64,000 nucleotides of DNA. Origin: a virus (Duplodnaviria; Caudoviricetes). The DNA is taken from positions 96,001 to 160,000 of IMG/VR virus record IMGVR_UViG_3300027917_000018; one strand, written 5' to 3'. This document shows, one piece after another, positions 28,611 to 36,692 of this stretch (the first letter of the stretch is position 1; each line of letters starts with the position of its first letter). A program made the position numbers and the translations under genes. The notes beneath the pieces were generated by a model, which was not told the origin of the DNA, made no database searches, and saw only the letters and a list, made by a program, of their open reading frames with translations.

Positions 28611-28945
28611 GCCGCGCCCGAGCCATCCTGGAGGCTGAGCCTCGCGACCTGATGCGCCGCGCCGCCCAGCGTGAGAAGGCCGAGGCAGGCAAGTGGCCGG
28701 TTCAACCCGGCGACAAGGGCTTCCTTTTCATTCTCGGCGAGAATCCGAACCTTTCTTTGAACGTCTACGCGCCGACCACCGCCCTGGCCGTCGAACGCTG
28801 CAATCAGGTTCTTAAGGAGCTGTTCCCCGACGGCTTGATGCACCGGAATGACCGCTGGGACACGACCTTTCATTTTGATTGGACGAAATTGGAGGCCAGG
28901 GACTCGGACATCTACGATGAGTGGGCGCTGGATGCTGAGCGGTGA
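28607..28945 (+). CDS. leader-bearing protein (MSRARAILEAEPR)
   Basis: ATG 28607 is ATGA-coupled. Confidence 0.75.
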   Translation: MSRARAILEAEPRDLMRRAAQREKAEAGKWPVQPGDKGFLFILGENPNLSLNVYAPTTALAVERCNQVLKELFPDGLMHRNDRWDTTFHFDWTKLEARDSDIYDEWALDAER

Positions 28946-29352
28946 TTGACGGACAGCTACTAAAGTGAAACGTTTTAGCAGATGGTTAGTATCAAACAGC
29001 GCGCCCTGGTGGCGTTGGTGCTGTTCGCCCGCCGCGAGAAGGCGCGGGCGCTTCGGGCCAAACATGCTTTGGCTCAGCAGGTAACGCGTGCATACGCCAG
29101 AAAAAAGATCAGGAAGTCATGGTACGTCCGTATCCGTGTTTGAGAAAGCGGATGAAGCTGCGGCAGCTTGCCATTCTGCGTCAGCAGCGGGCGGAGACGG
29201 CTATCCTCGAAAATCTTCCCAACTTCACCCGTGAAGAGATTGAAAGCCTGCGCGGTTTCTGTGTCCCTGTGGAAAAGCTGCGCAAGCTGTTGCTGGAGCA
29301 TTCTTGAAGAATTTTGTTTACGACATAAGCGTGCGGGCTTAAATTCGTTTAC

Positions 29353-29664
29353 ATGAATCGAGTCCGCATCACCCTCGAAGTCGACAGTAGTTTCCTCAAT
29401 CTTCTCCGGGCCAAATGTACGCTCAAAGGCTGGACCCGCTGGTCGCCCAACTACAAAGGTGAAGAGCTTCCTCCAGAGCTTGATCCGGCAGGCGTGCTGG
29501 CCATTCTGGTTCTTGGGGAAGGATTGGGCCAGGTCTCTGAGGTAATCGACGCGACGGTGCCGCCGACGTGGCGGCCCCACGTGGATGTGATCCACGACGA
29601 ACGCCGCGTTTACAGCGAAGGAAAGCAGATCGGCGGACCGAAGTATGAGGTACCCACCAGTTAA
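29353..29664 (+). CDS. hypothetical protein
   Basis: 103-aa ORF. Confidence 0.5.
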   Translation: MNRVRITLEVDSSFLNLLRAKCTLKGWTRWSPNYKGEELPPELDPAGVLAILVLGEGLGQVSEVIDATVPPTWRPHVDVIHDERRVYSEGKQIGGPKYEVPTS

Positions 29665-29866
29665 GATCATCGAGGCTGTCCTGCGGGGCAGCATAGACCA
29701 TCGCGTGCGGCGCTCCGTAACGCATTTCAGGCACTTCTTCCGGGCGTACGACGCCAACGGGGAGATAACCTCCGAGCCGGACCAGGTCGTCCGGGTAGAA
29801 CCCACCCAGCGGTGCCTGGAGTACCAGGAAAGCCTCTCGGCTACAGCCTAACCGCCCGCCCGGCGG

Positions 29867-29875
29867 GTAGTTAGA
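29867..29875 (+). promoter_or_regulatory. GTAGTTAGA motif (candidate late promoter)
   Basis: TAGTTA ends 4 nt before GTG 29878; a GC hairpin lies immediately upstream. Confidence 0.45.
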
Positions 29876-29877
29876 GA

Positions 29878-30045
29878 GTGAAGAAACCGGCCACAGACCA
29901 GGTCTTTGCGGGTCTGGCAGCCCTCTCGTTTCTGGCGGGAATCGTTTTGATCTTCTATGGGGAAAAGGCCATTGGGTCCGCCTGTGTCTGCCTGGGAACA
30001 TTTTTCCTGTTTCTTTCGGTAATCCTTCAGACGCCTGAGACTTAG
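29878..30045 (+). CDS. 55-aa two-TM membrane peptide (not in ORF track)
   Basis: Hand translation: MKKPATDQVFAGLAALSFLAGIVLIFYGEKAIGSACVCLGTFFLFLSVILQTPET. Confidence 0.55.
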   Translation: MKKPATDQVFAGLAALSFLAGIVLIFYGEKAIGSACVCLGTFFLFLSVILQTPET

Positions 30046-30109
30046 CCGTATCCAATAATCTTAAATTCTGCTTGAAGAGGCGTGGCGGCTGGTGTAAGTT
30101 CAAGCCGCT

Positions 30110-30376
30110 ATGACAGGTCATCTTGATGAACGGTGTTTTCGGTGTCACCAGCCTTTGTCCTTTGAGTCCACGGGTGCGGGCTGGACGGTTTTCTGCGGCT
30201 ACGGCCCCTGCAAGCTGGTTCCAGCCAATACAGGCGCTACGGGCCGGACCCAGGAGGAGGCCCTTGCCGCATACAAGGCGCTGGAGGACCAGCTGTGCCC
30301 GGATTGCGACGGCAACGGGGTGGACGAGGACGAGAACTGCTGCCCAGCCTGCAAAGGCTCCGGCCTGGAGGTATGA
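30110..30376 (+). CDS. zinc-finger protein
   Basis: CFRC, C..C, CPDCDGNG..CPACKGSG. Confidence 0.6.
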   Translation: MTGHLDERCFRCHQPLSFESTGAGWTVFCGYGPCKLVPANTGATGRTQEEALAAYKALEDQLCPDCDGNGVDEDENCCPACKGSGLEV

Positions 30377-31491
30377 ACTACGACGACTACAACCGCATGT
30401 GCGAGAACATCGCGCCCGAGGCCGCCAAGGTTTGGTGCTCGATCGTCGACTTCATGAAGCAGGTCAGCGAGCACCATTCAAAGGACGTGGTTTGGAATCT
30501 GGTCGAGCCTCGGCGCACGGTCGCCCCGAACGGCTATCACCCGCATAAGATCGTGGCCTCGATGCTCTACACGACGCTGGTGGAGGCGCACGACAAGGCT
30601 GCTCACCAAATCGATCCAGTCGGCATGGAGATTACGGCCACGGCCATTGCCTACCAGGTCGTGCGCCACGAGGTCCCGGTCTATTACGTGAAGGAGGAAT
30701 TTGCCCGCGCCGTGGCCGCAACCGATTTGCCCGACGACTTCTTTTTGGCTGACCTACATTGGCCGCGCCCCGCGATGGTGATTGGCTGGCCGGTGGCGTT
30801 CATGAAGGAGATGGTCGGGGCCGATGTCTCCTACGTCTTTGCCGCGAGCTTCCAAAAGAATGTCGACTACAAGCCGCCCTTTCCGCTCCAGGGCAAGGTC
30901 ATCTTCATGCCCGACGACAAGGTTGCCTGGCATCACGTGTTGTGGGAGCAGGGCAACGTCGGCAGCTACCTCTCAGCCTACTGGACGAGGGATCGCGTGG
31001 CGGACACGGTGACCAAGTACACCTACACCGATTTTACCGGCAGGCACGACGAAGCTAGGATTATGGTCGACGAGGAGCGCAGCAACAAGATCAGCGGCCT
31101 CATGCTCAAGCTGCTCCTGGTGCTCAACATGATGCCCCACCTGATCGAGACCGGCACGATTCAGCGCAAGGAGAAGGTCAAGAAGGGCATTGTGCGCCAG
31201 GCGCTCTGGAATCCGAACATCATCGGCGGCAAGTACCGCGTCAGCACATCGGGCCAGGGCGATGGCACCCACGCCAGCCCCAGGATGCACTGGCGGCGCG
31301 GACATGTCGCCTTCGTGGCCCGACGGAAAAAAGGAGCAGACTTTCTGTCGGTCGGCGTCATGCCGCGCCGAACAGATGGTAACATCGATTGGGACAGAGT
31401 CACGCCTGAGCAGCGGGAACTTTTCTGGTCCTGCCATGAGCGCAAATGGCTGGAGCCGGTCCTGGTCATGGCCCCGGAGGATGTGGAATGA
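30373..31491 (+). CDS. phage hypothetical protein with SPRMHWRRGH motif
   Basis: C-terminal SP..HWRRGH motif of a type seen in large phages; ATG 30373 coupled with GGAGG RBS. Confidence 0.65.
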   Translation: MNYDDYNRMCENIAPEAAKVWCSIVDFMKQVSEHHSKDVVWNLVEPRRTVAPNGYHPHKIVASMLYTTLVEAHDKAAHQIDPVGMEITATAIAYQVVRHEVPVYYVKEEFARAVAATDLPDDFFLADLHWPRPAMVIGWPVAFMKEMVGADVSYVFAASFQKNVDYKPPFPLQGKVIFMPDDKVAWHHVLWEQGNVGSYLSAYWTRDRVADTVTKYTYTDFTGRHDEARIMVDEERSNKISGLMLKLLLVLNMMPHLIETGTIQRKEKVKKGIVRQALWNPNIIGGKYRVSTSGQGDGTHASPRMHWRRGHVAFVARRKKGADFLSVGVMPRRTDGNIDWDRVTPEQRELFWSCHERKWLEPVLVMAPEDVE

Positions 31492-31772
31492 GCTGTCACC
31501 ACACCTGGCACCAAGTCGACACGACCGAGGCTGTCGAGGACGGCGTGACGGTCCGCACCTACGTTCACGAGTGTCCCGCCTGCGGCAAGCGCAAGCGCAC
31601 CAAGCGGGCGATTAACGCCATGCCGACTTACGCCAAATGGAAGCGGGAGCTGGAAAAACTGGTGGAGAAAGCCTGGGACGCCGGGCTGGCCTTCGACGTG
31701 GACGGCAAGCCCCTGACCCTGGACCGGGTGTCGACCCGGTACTTAAGGCATGAAGACGGAGCGAAAGGGTGA
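31488..31772 (+). CDS. small Zn-binding protein
   Basis: CHH..HECPACG. Confidence 0.5.
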   Translation: MSCHHTWHQVDTTEAVEDGVTVRTYVHECPACGKRKRTKRAINAMPTYAKWKRELEKLVEKAWDAGLAFDVDGKPLTLDRVSTRYLRHEDGAKG

Positions 31773-32012
31773 CGTTTGGAAGTGCTGGACACGACAGATC
31801 AGCCGCTTCAAGCACGTGGAGCTGCAAGCCAGCCGATGGAAGCATTGGTGCTGGTTTTCTTTTGTTGCCGAGTGGACCAGGTGTCAGGACCACGCCGGGC
31901 TGCGGCTGGAGGCCGAGGTCCTGGGCTACAGCCTCATCTTCCTCATCTACGACCAACGTCATTGGGACCACGATCGCAACGATTGGAGCCGACTGCCCTA
32001 GTTCTTATAGGC

Positions 32013-33128
32013 ATGGAACTGGAACGGCCCATCGTAATGGCGTCCGGCTGCTATGACTTGATTCACGCCGGGCATTTGGAATTCCTCGAAGAGGCCAAGA
32101 AACTTGGCCGCTCCCTGGTTGTGACAATCGCCGGGGACAAGGTATTGGCCCAGCACAAGCACCGCGTCGCTGGGTTGCCTGCCGAAAATCGTAAACGGCT
32201 CGTGGCCGGACTGAAGCCCGTCGATTACGTGATCATCACGGACTGCGGCGAGCTGGGCATGGACTTTCTGCCGCACTTCCTGGACATCAAGCCGGACTAT
32301 CTGGCGGTGACAGGCGACGACACGTTCGCCGAGCAGAAGCTCAATCTGTGCAAGGCCAATCGGTGCAACTATGTCCAGCTGCCAAAGACCCCACCGCCCG
32401 GCGGCGCGATCAGCACCACTGACATCCGGCGGCGCATCAATGCCCGGTCGGTGGTGCCGCTCCGCGTGGACTTTGGCGGTGGGTGGCTCGACGTGCCCAA
32501 GCTCTCCAGGCCAGGAGCCTACATCGTCAACTGTACGATCGAGCCGGTGGTGACCCTGACCGAATGGCCTTATGAGCATAACAGCGGCCTTGGTGGCAGC
32601 GCTGCCGCCAGCCTGTTGACGGGCCGCAATGCCATTGAGACTGAGCTGGCCACGGCGGGCTGGCAGGACCCAGCAGTCATCCTGGAAACCGGGTGCTGCA
32701 TTTGGGCCAGTGGCCGGTTCCCGGACCTGCGCCAGAAAGTAAACCCCGAGTTTCTGCTGGGCCGCATGGCCCTCCTGTGGACTGGCAAACCTCACCGGCA
32801 ATCCACAGGCGAGGCGGTCGACCTTGAGCGAGACTATGACTTGATCGCCAAGGCCGGGTCAGTCGCTGCGATGGGAGTCGCGATCCAGAAGCTCAAAGAG
32901 CTGGCTCGGGGCGTCCAGATGTCCTATGAGGCGCAGGTCGGTGAAGGCATGGACCCGCTGCCCGACGCGCCGTGCCTGGCGCGCAAATACTGCGGCAGCG
33001 GTTACGGCGGCTACGCTGTTTACATTTTTGAGCACCAGCGCACACGCACTGAATGGGCCAAAGAGGTAGGGGCCAAGATCATTGAGCCTTACATCAGGGG
33101 CGTCGGTGCCAGCCAATCTGAGATATGA
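32013..33128 (+). CDS. cytidylyltransferase-like (HIGH) domain fused to a compact GHMP sugar-kinase domain
   Basis: GCYDLIHAGHLEFLEEAKKLG; then PLRVDFGGGWLD, SGLGGSAA, GWQD, KYCGSGYGGY. Confidence 0.8.
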   Translation: MELERPIVMASGCYDLIHAGHLEFLEEAKKLGRSLVVTIAGDKVLAQHKHRVAGLPAENRKRLVAGLKPVDYVIITDCGELGMDFLPHFLDIKPDYLAVTGDDTFAEQKLNLCKANRCNYVQLPKTPPPGGAISTTDIRRRINARSVVPLRVDFGGGWLDVPKLSRPGAYIVNCTIEPVVTLTEWPYEHNSGLGGSAAASLLTGRNAIETELATAGWQDPAVILETGCCIWASGRFPDLRQKVNPEFLLGRMALLWTGKPHRQSTGEAVDLERDYDLIAKAGSVAAMGVAIQKLKELARGVQMSYEAQVGEGMDPLPDAPCLARKYCGSGYGGYAVYIFEHQRTRTEWAKEVGAKIIEPYIRGVGASQSEI

Positions 33129-33562
33129 CACACCTAGAGGAACTTGAGAAAATCAAGCCCGAGCTGGGCGAGGACGCGGCCTACGCTATCGGCTGGTCGG
33201 TCGTGATCACGGCACCCGGCAGCCAAGGTCGGTACCAAACCGGGGAGCTGGCGTCCTTTTACGTCCGGCAGCTGGATTGTGAGGCGCACGTGATCTTCGC
33301 GAATGAGAAGGACACGATCGCCAGCCTGGGCCGTTCGCAGCAGAGCTACACGACCATCAAGGTCACCTTTTACGATGCGCTGGTGCTCCTAGCCCTGGAA
33401 CACGTGGTATCCTTTGCCCCGGAGGTCTACCCGGTCTTTTACGATCTGAGCATCAAGCATAAGATTCCAATGGCCAATCTCAGGCCCGCGACCCCAGGCC
33501 ACTGGCGGACCATTCGGCCCTGTGTCACGGACGATCAGATCGGCTCGGGTAATGTCGTATGA
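33125..33562 (+). CDS. hypothetical protein
   Basis: Coupled ORF. Confidence 0.55.
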   Translation: MTHLEELEKIKPELGEDAAYAIGWSVVITAPGSQGRYQTGELASFYVRQLDCEAHVIFANEKDTIASLGRSQQSYTTIKVTFYDALVLLALEHVVSFAPEVYPVFYDLSIKHKIPMANLRPATPGHWRTIRPCVTDDQIGSGNVV

Positions 33563-34017
33563 AGCAAACCAACATCGAGGCCGTTAAGCATCACCTGGCC
33601 AAGGTGGCGGCCAAAACTGAGGGCGCAAACGATGGGTTCGTGGAGCGCATGCACCAGATTGTCGAGCAGATCGGCTCGTTGGACCCTGACAAAGACGGGC
33701 CGACCCGCTGGGCTTATGAGACGGCGCTGTGGTCGGCAGACGCGGCCTTGGGCAACTACGAGCTGAAGCGGCACCGGCTGGCCCTGGCTTGCATTGTCAT
33801 GATCCAGATAATGTGCGACGAGCGGGCGGCCTCCATTTACGGCAGTGCCTGCGCGCACCTACAGCTGCTCAAGCAGGTCCAAGACGGAATGCACCATATC
33901 GCCAGCGTGGAGGTCGTGGCTATGATGCCCGCCAAGTTGACGAAAATCCCCAAGAAGCCCAAGCGCAAAAAGAAGGGCAAGACGCTGGGGTTAGGCGGCG
34001 ATCCGTCACTAAATTAG
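33559..34017 (+). CDS. hypothetical protein
   Basis: Coupled ORF with basic tail. Confidence 0.55.
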   Translation: MKQTNIEAVKHHLAKVAAKTEGANDGFVERMHQIVEQIGSLDPDKDGPTRWAYETALWSADAALGNYELKRHRLALACIVMIQIMCDERAASIYGSACAHLQLLKQVQDGMHHIASVEVVAMMPAKLTKIPKKPKRKKKGKTLGLGGDPSLN

Positions 34018-34048
34018 GGTTTTACTGTTGACGGGTAGGTGCTACATT

Positions 34049-34513
34049 ATGAGCATGTTGAGGAAAATCATCAGCGGCGGGCAGACCGGCGCGGACCGCG
34101 CAGCCCTGGATGTCGCCATGACCAAAGGCATCCAGCACGGCGGTTTTTGCCCCAAAGGCCGCAAGGCCGAAGATGGCCCGATCCCTGGTGTCTACCAGCT
34201 GGTCGAGGCGGCGGGAGGCTATCGCGACCGCACCGAGCGCAACGCGGCCCACGCCGACGGAACCGTGCTCTTCTGCCCGGTTCATCCAGGCCCCGGCAGC
34301 CGCCTGACTCTTGCCGTCTGTCAGCGCTTCGAGAAGCCGCTGCTTCACATCTACCCAACCAAGCCCGTCGACGAAGCCGCCCAGGTCCTGCGCAAATTCA
34401 TCAAAGAGCACGACATCCGAGTGCTCAACGTCGCGGGGTCCCGCGCCTCGAAGGAGCCCGGCATTTACAATTTCGTCGTTCTGGTCCTGACCAAGGCCCT
34501 GGGAGGTAGTTAG
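34049..34513 (+). CDS. SLOG-superfamily protein (putative molybdenum carrier/YpsA-like)
   Basis: KIISGGQTGADRAALDVA..HGGFCPKGR.AEDG..RTERN..ADGT..LNVAGSRAS. Confidence 0.85.
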   Translation: MSMLRKIISGGQTGADRAALDVAMTKGIQHGGFCPKGRKAEDGPIPGVYQLVEAAGGYRDRTERNAAHADGTVLFCPVHPGPGSRLTLAVCQRFEKPLLHIYPTKPVDEAAQVLRKFIKEHDIRVLNVAGSRASKEPGIYNFVVLVLTKALGGS

Positions 34514-34514
34514 G
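34506..34514 (+). promoter_or_regulatory. GTAGTTAGG motif (candidate late promoter)
   Basis: TAGTTA ends 4 nt before GTG 34517. Confidence 0.55.
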
Positions 34515-34516
34515 AC

Positions 34517-34735
34517 GTGAGCCGCGCTCGGTCCATTCTCAACGAAGTCACAGACGTTCCGTCCAGCTTTCCCCGCGACCGCACCACCAAGGTCAAGGCT
34601 GGGGACGGCTGGATTTACGTTCGCCCGGCGGGCAGTGGCTTCTATGTGACCGCCACTGGCATGAAGGGTGAGCAGGTGCCCGCCAAGGACATCCGGTGGT
34701 TCGTGCGCGAGCTTTACGCTTTCATGACCCAATAG
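34517..34735 (+). CDS. leader-bearing small protein (MSRARSILNEVT)
   Basis: Leader motif. Confidence 0.7.
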   Translation: MSRARSILNEVTDVPSSFPRDRTTKVKAGDGWIYVRPAGSGFYVTATGMKGEQVPAKDIRWFVRELYAFMTQ

Positions 34736-34743
34736 TTAAAGTG

Positions 34744-35511
34744 ATGGCTTCGCCGAGAGACATGCTGGCCAGGTCGCCGTTTACGGGCAGGCGCTTCGCA
34801 ACTGCCGACGGTTACACCTTCTACGAAAAGCGCGACGGCTCCTGGGTAGACAACCTGGACCCGGAGCGCGTCGACATGTCGTTCGGCAGCGAAGAGGAGG
34901 CCATCAGCGGGCTAGTCGACGCCGGTTACACGCCCGAGGAGGCCAAGCAGCTTATCGCTGGAACCTGGGAGCCCAGTCCCGAGGAGGAAGAAATTCTGCG
35001 GCAGTGGTTTCAGGGCGAAAGCATGGGCCGCGCCCGTGCGATCGTGGAAGAGGAAAGCCCGCGCTCGTTTCTCAAGAAAATTGGTGCTGACCCATTTGGC
35101 AGGGTGGCTATCCGCGTAGGTGCTCCGCTTAACCCTCAGACGGTTGTGGTGCCAGTTCACTGGGTTTACGACATGGTTTCGACCGGAGGCGATTCACTTC
35201 CAGGGGTTGTGCTTCACACTGGCGACGCGCCGCCCGCGCCCCAGGGAATGACCAAGCCGCAGTACTCCTGGATGCTGGCCGTGATCGCTTATGCGTTAAA
35301 CGAAGGTCCAGTGTTTCAGGAAGACCGCCCGAGGGACGATGCTGACCGCGAGATGGACCCGGAAGACGATATGTGGCTGCCGGATTTCAGCTGGGAATTC
35401 CTGGGCGGGGAGAAGGTCTTCGACCGGGCGATGGAATGGGCCATAGAGCATCCCGGCGAGCGCGCCGGTTATGAGTTCCCCAAAGGTTTCGACGGACCCG
35501 TCGTTGGCTAG
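34744..35511 (+). CDS. two-module protein with an internal full leader (MGRARAIVEEESPR at 35023)
   Basis: Starts MASPRDML; in-frame Met-leader mid-gene; TAGTTA at 34733-34738 upstream. Confidence 0.7.
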   Translation: MASPRDMLARSPFTGRRFATADGYTFYEKRDGSWVDNLDPERVDMSFGSEEEAISGLVDAGYTPEEAKQLIAGTWEPSPEEEEILRQWFQGESMGRARAIVEEESPRSFLKKIGADPFGRVAIRVGAPLNPQTVVVPVHWVYDMVSTGGDSLPGVVLHTGDAPPAPQGMTKPQYSWMLAVIAYALNEGPVFQEDRPRDDADREMDPEDDMWLPDFSWEFLGGEKVFDRAMEWAIEHPGERAGYEFPKGFDGPVVG

Positions 35512-35596
35512 GCACAGTGCTCCCTGGCTGAGGCAAAACGTTTACAGCTTCTGTTTCGATATTTCAAGGCCAGGATCGTTCTTAATGTGAACGATC

Positions 35597-36376
35597 ATGG
35601 ACATCACTGGCCGACAACTGATCGTCGCCTACGGTGGCGGCGTAAACAGCAGCGCATTCCTCATCGAATTCGTGCGCCTCAAGATAGTTCCCACGCTGAT
35701 CCTGTTCAGCGACACGGGAGGGGAGCGCCCGGAGACTTACGCGTTCATCGACGAATTCTCACTGTGGCTCCAGGAGCGCGGTCTGCCGGGAATCATCACC
35801 GTCAAGAAGGGCGGGATGCAGGAAACCCTGGAGGAAAACTGCCTGCGCAAGGAGATGCTGCCGTCCATCGCCTACGGCTTCAAGACCTGCTCCGAAAAGT
35901 ACAAGATCAGGGCGCAGGAGAAGTTTGTCCGGCACTACGAGCCTACCAAGGCCATCCTCAAAGCGGGCGGCAAGCTCGTGAAGGTGATTGGCTACGATGC
36001 CGGGGAAGGCCGCCGGGCCAAGCAATACGAGCACAAGGAGTACGATTACTGGTATCCGTTGATCGAGTGGGGCTGGGAGCGCAAGAAGTGCGAGCAGGTC
36101 GTGCGGGAGGCTGGGTTCCGGCCCGCCAAGTCCAGCTGCTTCTTCTGCCCGTCGATGACCAAGCGGGAGATTCTTCAGCTTCGGCAGGAACACCCGGATT
36201 TGATGGCGCGGGCGCTGGAGATGGAGGCCAAGGCCGCCCCGAACCTGGCCACCGTCAAGGGCCTTGGCCGACGCTTCAACTGGGGAGAATTCCTGCAATC
36301 AGTCGATTCAGGCGATCCGAAAGCCATGAAGTGGCAGTGTGACGTGGAAACGCCGTGCGGATGCTACGACGGATAG
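35597..36376 (+). CDS. second PAPS-reductase-fold protein with Cys cluster
   Basis: IVAYGGGVNS, LFSDTGGERPETY, CSEKYK, IGYD, YPL, KSSCFFCP, C-terminal PCGC. Confidence 0.8.
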   Translation: MDITGRQLIVAYGGGVNSSAFLIEFVRLKIVPTLILFSDTGGERPETYAFIDEFSLWLQERGLPGIITVKKGGMQETLEENCLRKEMLPSIAYGFKTCSEKYKIRAQEKFVRHYEPTKAILKAGGKLVKVIGYDAGEGRRAKQYEHKEYDYWYPLIEWGWERKKCEQVVREAGFRPAKSSCFFCPSMTKREILQLRQEHPDLMARALEMEAKAAPNLATVKGLGRRFNWGEFLQSVDSGDPKAMKWQCDVETPCGCYDG

Positions 36377-36692
36377 CCGCCGTCAAATTGCGGTGTCGCT
36401 GCGGTCGTGGTGCGGGCACGGTGTAGGTCACGACGTTGGAAGGCTCGGACTCCAGCGCTGACGTGTTGTAGCAGGTCGCGTAGAACGCGTAGGTTCTGCC
36501 CGGTTCCAAAGCTTCGATCACGGTGTTGGTGACGTTGCCGCAGTCCTTGACGACCGTGTAGTTTCCAGGAGGCGATCCGTAATAAATCCGGTAGCCCGCA
36601 ACGTCCGGCTCCGGGTTCGGGTCCCAAGCCAGCATTACCGTGGCGGCATGCGTCATGGCCAGCGAGCAAAGGAGAAAAACGAGCGTTCTCAT
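36276..36692 (-). CDS. secreted fibronectin type III domain protein
   Basis: Signal peptide, then LAWDPNPEPDVAGYRIYYG..LEPGRTYAFYATCYN..ESEPSN. Confidence 0.8.
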   Translation of the reverse strand: MRTLVFLLCSLAMTHAATVMLAWDPNPEPDVAGYRIYYGSPPGNYTVVKDCGNVTNTVIEALEPGRTYAFYATCYNTSALESEPSNVVTYTVPAPRPQRHRNLTAAIRRSIRTAFPRHTATSWLSDRLNRLIAGILPS

